Of a stretch of DNA of 64,000 nucleotides, positions 18,879 to 29,500 are shown one piece after another (position 1 is the stretch's first letter; each line of letters opens with the position of its first letter). Both the position numbers and the translations under genes were made by a program. Origin of the DNA: an uncultured Clostridia bacterium (GTDB taxonomy: Bacteria; Bacillota; Clostridia; TANB77; CAG-508); the NCBI GenBank assembly GCA_944386645.1, contig CALXBW010000001.1, positions 8,947 through 72,946 on the forward strand, read 5' to 3'. The notes below the pieces were generated by a model. The model searched no databases. It worked only from the letters and a program-made list of their open reading frames with translations, and was not told where the DNA came from.

Positions 18879-21800
18879 ATGTATAAAAAATTAATTAGTA
18901 TATGTATAACTATGGGAGTTTTGTTTGTATTAATTGCTAATTATACATTTGCCACTACTAGTAGTGTTGAATCAGACTCAACTATAACAAGCTCAACAAT
19001 TTCTGGAGATGATACAAATATTATAACTTCTATTGAAGGAGGAGGAGCGTTTGAGAATGAGGAAACAAAAGATATATATACTAAATTTGGAGAAGCTTTA
19101 GCAAATGGAATAGAATCAGTAAAAAATGAAACAACAAGTTATTCAGAAGAAACAATAGATAAAACAATAAACACTATATATGATGAAGTGGTAAGAGACT
19201 ATGAAAGAATAAGTGGAAAAAAATTAACAGAAAAAGAACAAGAGGATATAATAGAGGTTAGAGAAGAAAAAAGAAAAGAGTTAAAAGAATTAGCAAAAAA
19301 TAAAATTGAAGAGATTATAAAAAAATGGAATAGCGAATTTGGAGATACATACGAAAATAATGCAAATAATATAACAGAATGGGCAAAAAATAAAGTTGGG
19401 ACGACAATAGAAGATGGAGTTGATAAATTACTACAGATAGCTATTAAAGATCCTTTAAATAAACAATTGGATAATTTATTTGGAATGAGTGAAGATAATT
19501 CATTAGGAAATATTTTCAAAACTACTTTAAACAAGTATTTTGATTATAAAACGCAAGATGATAGAAATAGATATATAAATATTTTAAGAAGTGAAGCAGG
19601 TCTTCCAGAATTAACAGAAGAAATAGAAAAGCAAGATTTTGATTGGGCATATGAAGCTTCAAAAGCTGCATTAACTGAGGTAAATAAATTAGCATATGAA
19701 TTAGGAGATAAATTAGAAGAAGAAATTGAACATATATTAGGTGGAGATTTTGGAGCAGCTATAGGTGATTATTGTGGAGCTTTAATTGATCAAACTATAA
19801 AAGAACAGTTTGAAAGATGGGCAAGTATGTTGCAAGAAGCAATGACAGGAAGTAAATTTACTCAAGAACAAATTGATGAAGCAATTAAAGAGCTACAGAA
19901 AGGTACAGATCAAATAGCTGGAAAGGCTAAAGAAGATTTAGAAAAAGAGGCAATAGAATATTTAGAAAAAGCAAAAGAAGATGCAATAAATAAGCAATTT
20001 TCACAAATAAGAGATGAAGCATTAGAAAAACTTGCAGAAGATATGGGAAAAGTAGCAGAAGGATTTGTAGATGATTTATTTTCTAAATTAGATTCACAGC
20101 TAGATGTTTTTTCTGGAGATTTTGGAAAAATTGCTAATTCATTTATTAGTGGATTAGTAAAACAAGTAAAAAATTGGGCTGGAGATAATATAAAAAATGC
20201 TGTTACTACATATTTAAATAATTGGTTTTTTGATAAAGATGGAGAAATAAAATTTGATAGTTTAAAAATAAATTGGACAATGGCATTAGTAGATACATTA
20301 CTTGGAAAAATTACAGATGAAAACTTATCACAATTAATAGATATTGCAATAAAAGAATGGAAAAAACCAGGAGGAACAGTAGGAGGACCAATTGCTTTTG
20401 AAGAATATGATAAATTATACTATATGTTAATGATAAAAGGATCAACATTATTACCATCAAGAAATAATATAAGTGGGGTATCAAGTAGTCTTAAGGCTGT
20501 AACTGGTATAGCACCAGATCAATTTTCTTCAAGAACAGATTCAATGATGAGATATCGTGCGGCTTGGGAAGAAATTATTACTGATGCTCAAGCTACAAGC
20601 AAAATTGGCCATTTTACGTCATCAGGGTATGATATAGTTCCATGGGTAACTCCAGGAGATTCACTTAATACAACAGCAATATTAACTCCTGCATGGACAA
20701 CAGTTGCAGGAGGACCAGTTCCATATTTAAGTGATGCTGCATATGTAATGTGCGAAATGGATAAAAATACAAGTTCAGATTCTTATGTCCAAAGAGCTTT
20801 ATCATATACTAGTATATACACGGGCACTAAATTTAATTTAGACTATAAGGCAGCAAATTTATATGCAGAGGCAGCAGGTTTTGCTACATTTACAGCAAAT
20901 GCTGCATCGCGTGGTGGTTATGGTAATGCAATAAAAGATTTAACAGATGTTGCAACAGGTAGATATAATAGACAATCAAAAGTTTATATACTTGGACCTT
21001 TTAAAGTAGATTATATAAGAGATTTTGCATACACAGCAAGAGGAAAGGCAGAGTTTGGACTTATGGTAGATATGAATATATATGATCAAAACGGAAATGT
21101 TATACCAAAAAATTATTGGAGTTATATATATTCAGATGATACAAAACAAGAAAGAAGAAGCATGGATGAAGATTATCGTTTTCCATATCCAGGAGAAGAC
21201 TTTTATATAGCATTATATAATTATGGTTCAAATGGAATAACATCAATTAGTAATATACAACTTACTTATAGAGAAATGCAAGTTTTAGTAAAATTTCAAA
21301 TGTTAAGGGGATTATATACTACTTATAGTACATGGTTTGATACAGTAATACCTCATTTTGAAATGGGAGCGCCAACATTTACAGAACATAATATAACAGC
21401 TGTACCAATTCCAAGAGAGATGGGACCATTTGCAATATCTGTAAATATGGCTCATAAATATTATTTAACACATACTCAAACAATAACTTTACATAAAAAA
21501 AGTGCGGTAGGAGCTTATGAGACAGCAGAATTTACTACAACAAGTAGTACATCTATTAGTGGATTTAATATGATATCTTCAGTATATGGTGGAGCAGAAA
21601 ATAGTGAATTAATGGAATCTATAAAATCTGTATTAGGTGAAACTGGAAATTATGTAGGAATGTATTCATCTACAGGGTCAAAATTCTTTGATTCTATATC
21701 ACAAGTATATAACATTTATAATGATGCAGAAAATGAAACACCATTACTTGATTCATTAAAAGCTGTACTTGCTACATATGGAAAAAATGATTGGGCTAAA

Positions 21801-24800
21801 ATATTAGATTTAGTAGGAACTGTTACAAATGAAGATAAAACTGATTTTGAAAAAATAGTTGCTGTTTCTAATTATTTTGTGAAATCAGATTCAATGAGAA
21901 AAGTAATTGAACTTGGTGCTATGATTTATCAGATGGATCAAGGAAAGATGAGCCAAATTGAAGGATTAAAATATGTTGCAAAAGAAATGGGCTTAAATAC
22001 AGATATAGTAAATACAATAGATGCAGTAGATCTAATAGTTAAGTCTCAAGATATGGATAAAGAAGTTGTAAAGATAATATGTGACCCTAATAGTTCGGCT
22101 AGTCAAGTAAAAGAAAATTTACAGAAATATATTTATGGAAAAGACGATTTAACAGAAGAGGAGAAGAAAAATCTATATGATACTAGCACAAAAGCAGCGA
22201 ATACTATTGAAAATTCACCATATGTAAAAGATATAAAGGATTTATATGGAAAAATTACTAATGTTGATGAAAAAGAAGTAGAGGAGCAATTAAAAGATGT
22301 ATTAGAAGCTGCTCAAAATAGAGATAAAATAGAAAATAATAAAGAAGGAAATATACAAGTAGAAGAAAAAACAAAAAGTGCTGAATTAAGTGCATCAGAG
22401 GATGATACTGGACTTACAATAGAAGAAGCTTTTAGAATATTTGACAATTTATATTCAAATAGTAGAGATAAAGATACTGTATTTAATACTCTTATATCTG
22501 CATATGAAAAATATGATAAAGGAGAAAGTTATGAAGATGCAGTACTTGAAGCATATAAAGAAAATCCAACTGCAGCAACAAGAGCAGTAAGTCAATTTTT
22601 AGATTTAATACCACATATGACAGAAAATGAATTAAAAAGTTTAACAACAGTAATAACAAAAGCATCAGATATAGAAGAATTGACAGATGTATTTAATACA
22701 TATAAACAAAGACAAGATTTATTAACAGATGAAGAAAAGAAAGAAATGGAACAACGTGCATTTGAAGAAACATTAGAAGAGGCAGCAACATTAAATGATG
22801 ATACTATTTATACTGAATATAATCCAAAATTTACAATAACAAATGTAGAAAGACCAACACAAGTATATTGGGCAAATGATGATGAAGTAGGTTTAACAAT
22901 AGGTATTGCAGGAGTTGTATGGAAAGATGCACATGGTGGATTAGAAAATAATTATGATGGTATAAGAGGAGCAAATGCAAATGGAGAATTAGAAACTGGT
23001 ATAGAAGGTGTTAAAATAACATTAATAGACAAAGAAACAAATGAGATAGGAAAATATTATGATTCAAGAAATAATTTAGTAGATGCAATAACATATACAG
23101 ATGAAGGTGGATATTATCATATAGAAAGAATACCTGTTGGAGAATACGATGTAGAATTTGAATATGATGGACAAACATATAAAACTACAGAATACATGGC
23201 AGGAGGAAATGTTGCAGATTATTTAATGAATCCAGATCAAGAAAAATATTATAATAATTCAAAAGCAGCAGAAGATCCAAATGAAAGAATTGAATTTAAT
23301 AATAAATTCTTTGAAATTTCTAATGGAGTTGCAGTAGGAAGAGATGGAACAAAAACACCTTTAACATATGAAAAAACAGGAGGAGTATCTAAACTTGTAA
23401 CATTAGATTCAGCTGGACATGTATTACCACAATTTGCAATGCATGCAAGAACTTCTACAAATGGTTTAACATATCCATTGGATGATAATTTTACAATAGG
23501 AGAAAATGAGGATACTTTAATATTAGAAGGAAATCAATATACTTTCTATAATACGGGTGAATATATGTATCATATAAATTTAGGATTAATAGAAAGATCA
23601 AAAATTGATTTAGCAACAACACAAGATGTTTATAATGTTGTAACAACAGTAAATCAAAAACAAGAAACATATAAGTATAATGCTAGAGGAATTTTAGCAA
23701 TATATGATGCAAGATTAAAAGAAACAGATTCTTATAAAAATGTAAGCTATAATAGAGAATTATATAAAGCTGATTATGAGTATAGAATAAGTGACTATAA
23801 ATTTAATGATTTAAACAAATTAGATAGAAATGGTGATGATAAATCAGCTGAGATAGAAAAAATACAAGCCGTAAAAACAGAAGATTCAGAAGAAAAAGTA
23901 TTTGTAACATATAAAATAACAATAAAGAATCAATCTATATTACAAGTAGCAACAATAAATGAATTAGTTGATTATTTTGATCCAACATATAGATTAATTC
24001 AGGAAGATTACTATTTAGATATACAAAATGATGAAGGAGTTCCAATAAATACAAGAGTTGCAACACAGTCATATTATGAAACAAGTAGTGGATTTACGCA
24101 GAGAATAAAGTGGACTGAAACAGGCAAGATGGGAACAGATTATTATCCTGGATTAAATACAGTATATACAACAGATTTACAAAATTACATGTTAAAAGCA
24201 GGAGAAGAAATACATGTATATATGACATTTGAAGTAGAAAAAGATAATAATTCAGCATTATATCTTGGACAAAAACAAAATATAGTTGAAATAAGTAATT
24301 ATTCATCATTTGAAATAGGAACAGTAGATAAAACATTTAACGAGGGACTAATAGATAAAGATTCTGAGCCAGGAAATACAAATCCATATGCAATAAATGA
24401 ATATGAAGATGATACAGATGCAGCACCATTATTAAACTTAAAATTATATGAAACAGACGGAAGAACAATGGATGGATATGTATGGGATGATGATAGAACT
24501 AAATTATTAAAAACAGGTCAATTAGTTGGAGATGGATTAAGACAAGAAAGTGAAGATTTACTAAATGGTGTAAGAGTACAATTAATTGAAAAAATAGATA
24601 ATCAAGACAATGGTGAAGAATATGAATATGTATGGAAAGAAATGTATACAGGTGATGATATATTTAGTTATGTAGTTAATACAGGAGGTAGTACAACATT
24701 TGGTGGAGAAGTTTCAGAAGATGGAAGTATAATATCAGATACTCAAATGGGTGCTGTAGCAAGAGGACAATATAAATTTAACAATTATATCGCAGGAAAC

Positions 24801-26414
24801 TTTATTGTAAGATTTATATATGGTGATACTGAAAGAACATATTTAAATGATACAGAAGTACCTTATACAGGTGAATATGCTGGAATTGGAGATAACCCAG
24901 TATCATATAATGGACAAGATTATAAATCAACTGCATATCAAGAAGGACAAAATCTATATCAAGAATGGTACAATCTTAGTGATACAAGGCAAAATAATAA
25001 ATTAATGTCAGATGCAAAAGATGATGAAACAAGAAGAAAGAAAGTTATAGAATTTTCATCAACAATACAAAATGATAAGGCAGAAATATTAGCATCATTT
25101 GATACAAGAAATGACAAAGGATATTATGATCCGGTAAAACATCAAGCTTTAAGAGATAATACATGGATGTTTGCAGATACTGCAAGATTTAATGTAAAGG
25201 TTGAATATAATACAGATATTGAAAACGGTTTAGAGCCACCAACATATCGTATAAAAAATGTAGACTTTGGAGTAGAGCAAAGACCTGAAACAAAAATAGA
25301 ACTTAATAAAGAAATAATAGGAATAAAAATAACTCTTGCAAGTGGAGATGTAATAATAGATACAGCAAATGGTATTAATAAAAATGTTAACTGGATTAAT
25401 AAGCAAAAAACTGGTGTAGAAGGATATGAATATAAAAGAGATACATTTAAATATAGATATACACAAGGCACAGTTCATATCTATATGGATGAAGAAGTTT
25501 TACAAGGTGCAAATATTCAAATTGATTATAGAATAACAATTACTAATAATAGTCAAATTGATTATACTGGAGATGGAGATTTAGGATTAGCATATTATAC
25601 TGGCCAATCATATGATTCAGATAAGATTGTTACTACAACTGTAGATAAAATCATAGACTATGTAGATAATAGTTTAGTATTTAAGGAATCTGATAATGGA
25701 TATAATGGATGGAAACTAATAGAAACAATGCCAGAGTTTATGACAGATGACTATAAAGAAAAACTAGAAGAAGCAGAAAAAGAAAAACAGGAGCAAGAAG
25801 AGCAAGCATATGGAAACTTTATTGAACAGCAAATGAGTAAATATGGTGAAGATTATGTTGTAGAGCATTTAGATGAATTTGAGAAACAGTATTATGAAAT
25901 GAAAGAAAAACAAGAAGAAGAATTAGGAGAAGAAAATACCAAATTAAGTAATACAGAAATATTAAATTGTATGAAAGCAATAGGATATTTGAATCCAGAT
26001 TTATCAATTGTAAAAACAAAATCAGGAAGAACTGAAAATCAACCAATAACACAAGTAATTGTTACAAAAAATACTGAAAAAACGGCATTAAAACCTGGAG
26101 AAAATACAACAGTAGATTTAGTATTATCTAAAACTTTATCACCACAAGATGAAGCAGATACATTGACATATCAAAATATAGCAGAAATATTACAACTAAG
26201 TAATACAGTAGGAAGAAGAGATATGGATGCTTTAGCTGGAAATCAAGATCCAAATGGAGAGCCAGCAGAATATGATTCAGACTTTACTGAAAAAGTTATA
26301 ATTACACCTCCAACAGGTGAAAATAGAGCATATTATTTTGTACTTGGAACAGTAGTTTTAATAATATTAATAGGTGGAATTATACTTATAAAAAGAAAAG
26401 TTTTGAACAAATAA
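18879..26414 (+). CDS. giant secreted surface protein, B-type (2511 aa): signal peptide, ~500-aa charged helical extension, TQXA-like head (VQRA; head Cys not conserved), a second ~500-aa helical insert, SdrD-B/CnaB-type repeats, C-terminal …ITPPTGEN + TM + KRK tail
   Basis: RBS taggaggtgg. Homologous to D and G across the head (…ILGPFKVDYIRDF…, …DEDYRFPYPGEDFYIALYN…) and across the C-terminal third. Confidence 0.8.
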   Translation: MYKKLISICITMGVLFVLIANYTFATTSSVESDSTITSSTISGDDTNIITSIEGGGAFENEETKDIYTKFGEALANGIESVKNETTSYSEETIDKTINTIYDEVVRDYERISGKKLTEKEQEDIIEVREEKRKELKELAKNKIEEIIKKWNSEFGDTYENNANNITEWAKNKVGTTIEDGVDKLLQIAIKDPLNKQLDNLFGMSEDNSLGNIFKTTLNKYFDYKTQDDRNRYINILRSEAGLPELTEEIEKQDFDWAYEASKAALTEVNKLAYELGDKLEEEIEHILGGDFGAAIGDYCGALIDQTIKEQFERWASMLQEAMTGSKFTQEQIDEAIKELQKGTDQIAGKAKEDLEKEAIEYLEKAKEDAINKQFSQIRDEALEKLAEDMGKVAEGFVDDLFSKLDSQLDVFSGDFGKIANSFISGLVKQVKNWAGDNIKNAVTTYLNNWFFDKDGEIKFDSLKINWTMALVDTLLGKITDENLSQLIDIAIKEWKKPGGTVGGPIAFEEYDKLYYMLMIKGSTLLPSRNNISGVSSSLKAVTGIAPDQFSSRTDSMMRYRAAWEEIITDAQATSKIGHFTSSGYDIVPWVTPGDSLNTTAILTPAWTTVAGGPVPYLSDAAYVMCEMDKNTSSDSYVQRALSYTSIYTGTKFNLDYKAANLYAEAAGFATFTANAASRGGYGNAIKDLTDVATGRYNRQSKVYILGPFKVDYIRDFAYTARGKAEFGLMVDMNIYDQNGNVIPKNYWSYIYSDDTKQERRSMDEDYRFPYPGEDFYIALYNYGSNGITSISNIQLTYREMQVLVKFQMLRGLYTTYSTWFDTVIPHFEMGAPTFTEHNITAVPIPREMGPFAISVNMAHKYYLTHTQTITLHKKSAVGAYETAEFTTTSSTSISGFNMISSVYGGAENSELMESIKSVLGETGNYVGMYSSTGSKFFDSISQVYNIYNDAENETPLLDSLKAVLATYGKNDWAKILDLVGTVTNEDKTDFEKIVAVSNYFVKSDSMRKVIELGAMIYQMDQGKMSQIEGLKYVAKEMGLNTDIVNTIDAVDLIVKSQDMDKEVVKIICDPNSSASQVKENLQKYIYGKDDLTEEEKKNLYDTSTKAANTIENSPYVKDIKDLYGKITNVDEKEVEEQLKDVLEAAQNRDKIENNKEGNIQVEEKTKSAELSASEDDTGLTIEEAFRIFDNLYSNSRDKDTVFNTLISAYEKYDKGESYEDAVLEAYKENPTAATRAVSQFLDLIPHMTENELKSLTTVITKASDIEELTDVFNTYKQRQDLLTDEEKKEMEQRAFEETLEEAATLNDDTIYTEYNPKFTITNVERPTQVYWANDDEVGLTIGIAGVVWKDAHGGLENNYDGIRGANANGELETGIEGVKITLIDKETNEIGKYYDSRNNLVDAITYTDEGGYYHIERIPVGEYDVEFEYDGQTYKTTEYMAGGNVADYLMNPDQEKYYNNSKAAEDPNERIEFNNKFFEISNGVAVGRDGTKTPLTYEKTGGVSKLVTLDSAGHVLPQFAMHARTSTNGLTYPLDDNFTIGENEDTLILEGNQYTFYNTGEYMYHINLGLIERSKIDLATTQDVYNVVTTVNQKQETYKYNARGILAIYDARLKETDSYKNVSYNRELYKADYEYRISDYKFNDLNKLDRNGDDKSAEIEKIQAVKTEDSEEKVFVTYKITIKNQSILQVATINELVDYFDPTYRLIQEDYYLDIQNDEGVPINTRVATQSYYETSSGFTQRIKWTETGKMGTDYYPGLNTVYTTDLQNYMLKAGEEIHVYMTFEVEKDNNSALYLGQKQNIVEISNYSSFEIGTVDKTFNEGLIDKDSEPGNTNPYAINEYEDDTDAAPLLNLKLYETDGRTMDGYVWDDDRTKLLKTGQLVGDGLRQESEDLLNGVRVQLIEKIDNQDNGEEYEYVWKEMYTGDDIFSYVVNTGGSTTFGGEVSEDGSIISDTQMGAVARGQYKFNNYIAGNFIVRFIYGDTERTYLNDTEVPYTGEYAGIGDNPVSYNGQDYKSTAYQEGQNLYQEWYNLSDTRQNNKLMSDAKDDETRRKKVIEFSSTIQNDKAEILASFDTRNDKGYYDPVKHQALRDNTWMFADTARFNVKVEYNTDIENGLEPPTYRIKNVDFGVEQRPETKIELNKEIIGIKITLASGDVIIDTANGINKNVNWINKQKTGVEGYEYKRDTFKYRYTQGTVHIYMDEEVLQGANIQIDYRITITNNSQIDYTGDGDLGLAYYTGQSYDSDKIVTTTVDKIIDYVDNSLVFKESDNGYNGWKLIETMPEFMTDDYKEKLEEAEKEKQEQEEQAYGNFIEQQMSKYGEDYVVEHLDEFEKQYYEMKEKQEEELGEENTKLSNTEILNCMKAIGYLNPDLSIVKTKSGRTENQPITQVIVTKNTEKTALKPGENTTVDLVLSKTLSPQDEADTLTYQNIAEILQLSNTVGRRDMDALAGNQDPNGEPAEYDSDFTEKVIITPPTGENRAYYFVLGTVVLIILIGGIILIKRKVLNK

Positions 26415-26581
26415 ATTTTGCATAACTATGGAGGTTGAAATGTAAATTTCGACTTCCATAGATGCACATATTATTATTAAAAAGTAAATATAAAATGAAT
26501 TCTGAATTTTTTAATTAATCATAAAATTAATGCATAAAATACAGTAAAGTTTTAAGCTAAGATAGTTAGGAGGAGAAGTTT

Positions 26582-29500
26582 ATGCTAAAGGGGAGAAATT
26601 TAAAATCTAAATACAAATTATTAGAAAAAATATTAGTAGTGTTAATAATAGTATCATTAACATTCACTAATTTACTAATTGTAGGAAATGCTTTAATATC
26701 ATATGCAATTGATAGTAATTTAGATTCACAAAATGAAAGTACTACAAATGAAAATGTTAAATTTGATACATTTTTTAATGAAGGTAATGGTAAAACACAT
26801 TATCTTGTTTATGATGTGAATAATGCTGAGAAACAAATGTATATAAATTTATCTATAAAAGAAGGTTATTTAAAAGATTCAGTTATTGAATTTAATGATA
26901 TGAATTATAATATTTCAAATATTATTGATGAAAATGGAATTGTGCAAGGTGCAACTAATAATAAATTAACATTAAGACAAATAGATACAAATACAAATGC
27001 AAATTTAATATTATCTATAAATGATGTTATTGAAGATAAAATGGAAAAAGATAATTTAGATAAGAATATAAAAGTAAAATTAAAAGGAACATATGTAGAT
27101 AATAAAGGTGAAGAAAAGAATATAGAAAAAGAAATATTATTAAATATAAAATTAACAGGAAAGTATGAAATAGAATTAAAACAAATTGCAAATTCATATT
27201 TATTATTTAATGATAATAATGAAACAAAAGCATTAATAAGTATTAATTTAGAAGCGGGATTAAAAGAAACAGAAAATAAATTACCTATTAAAGAAACAAA
27301 ATTAGAGATAGAAGTACCAAAGTTAAATGGAATAGAACCAGAAGATGCAAGAGTTTTAACTAGAGGTACACAAGCTACAAATGGAAAAACAATAGAAGAA
27401 ATAAAACAAGAAGAAAATATAACAAATTATGATAAACAAAACAGTATATTAACAATTGAAACTGAAAATAATGAAGATGAAGGTAAGGTATGGAATGGTA
27501 AAGGAATAGATGAATATGTAATTACATACATATATCCAATAGAAGCAATAAGCAAAGATTTAGAAAATATTTTGACTTCAAAAATAAAGGCAGAAATGGA
27601 ATTTTATGATGGAAATAAGATACAAGGTGAAACACAAGGAAATATTTTATTAAAAGAGCAATTTGGACAGATGTTAACATTAAAATTAAATACAAAGGAA
27701 AATAAGATAAATAAAGGTAAAATGTATGCAAATTCACAAAGAGAAGAAAAAGAATATGAAACAGTTTATAATATGGAAGTAAAAGCGAATATTGAAGAAA
27801 AAGATTTAATAGATGGAATAAGAATAAGTGATTTAGGTGAAAGTTTTGAAGATAAAAATGGAAACAAATATGCAACATCAATAGGAGATCAAACTTATAC
27901 ATATTATAAAAAAATAAAAATAAGTAAGGCAAATTTTGAAGAAGTATTAGGGTTAGATGGAAAAATAATAATATATGATGGAAATGGAAATATATTAGGA
28001 GAAATTAATAAAAATTCAAAAGTAGAAGATGAAAAATATGTATTAGAAGGATTAGCAGAAAACGTAGGACATATAACTCTAGAAACTACAAAGCCAGAAA
28101 AAGAAGGAACAATAAGTATAGAATATGAAAAAGCAATAAGAAAAGATTTGACTTATACCAAAGAACAATTAGAAAATTTCGTAAAATTTAATGTAAGTGC
28201 AAACATTGTGGAAAAACAAGGAGAAAATTATATTCAAATTGAAAATAAAACAAGTGATATAGAATTAGAAGAAACAAATACAAAAGCAAATATAGAAATA
28301 GGAAAAGAAACATTATCTACAATAGTGAATAATGAAAACGTAGAGATAAAAATAGAATTAGATAACAATAGAGAAAATACTGACCTTTATATAAATCCAG
28401 TATTTAGAATAGAATTACCAGAATATATAGAAGATATAAATGTAAAAGAAGCAAATGTATTATTTGATGATAATTTAAAAATAAGTGGAATACAAAAATA
28501 TAATGATAATGGTAAAATAATATTAGAAATATCGTTAGAAGGTGTTCAAGATGGATTTAGTAGTGGAACATTTACAAATGGAACAAATATAGTATTAAAC
28601 ACAGATATAAAAGCCAAATTATTAACACCAAATAAAACAGAAGAAATAAAATTATATTATTATAATCCAAATGCAATAAGTTATGAACAAACAAGTCAAA
28701 TGTGGAATCAAGAATTGGGAACAAGTCAGACAGAAGTTGGATTTTCTGCGCCAGTAGGAATGCTTGCAGTAAATAATATAACAAATTATGAAGACACAGG
28801 AAAAAGTATAATGTCAGTAGAACAAGGCAAGATGGAAGATATTATAGAAATTTTTGCAAAAGAAAAGATTGCAAAAATGAATATGATGATTGTAAATAAT
28901 ACAGGCAATGATTGTAATAATATATTTGCAATAGGTAGAATTCCTTTTAAAGGAAATAAGACTATAGAAAGTAAAACTGATTTAAAAACAACAATTGATG
29001 CATATATGCAAGGACCTATAACAATAAAAAATAATATAGAAGGAGTAAAAATATATTATTCAGAAAATGGAGAAGCAACAGAGGATTTAAATAATATAGA
29101 AAATGCATGGCAAGAAAGTCCTACAGATTTTACAAAAGTAAAATCATATATGATTGTTTTAGATAATTATATAATGAAAGCCGGAGAGATGATTGAATTA
29201 TCATATGATTTTAAGATACCTGCAAATCTTGAACATGAAAATAATATATATGGGGCTTTTGCTGTAGAATATGTAGAAAATTCATCTGTAGGTGTAAAAC
29301 AATTAACTAAAGAAGCAGATACTGTAGGTTTAACAACAGGAGAGGGACCAAAGCTAAAAATAGAACAAGAAATATCAGTTGGAGAAGGACAACCAATACA
29401 AGAAGGACAAATTGTTAAATATACTATAAATATAACCAATACAGGAACAAATATTGCAGAAGATATAGTTGTAAAAGATTATATTCCAGATTATACAAAA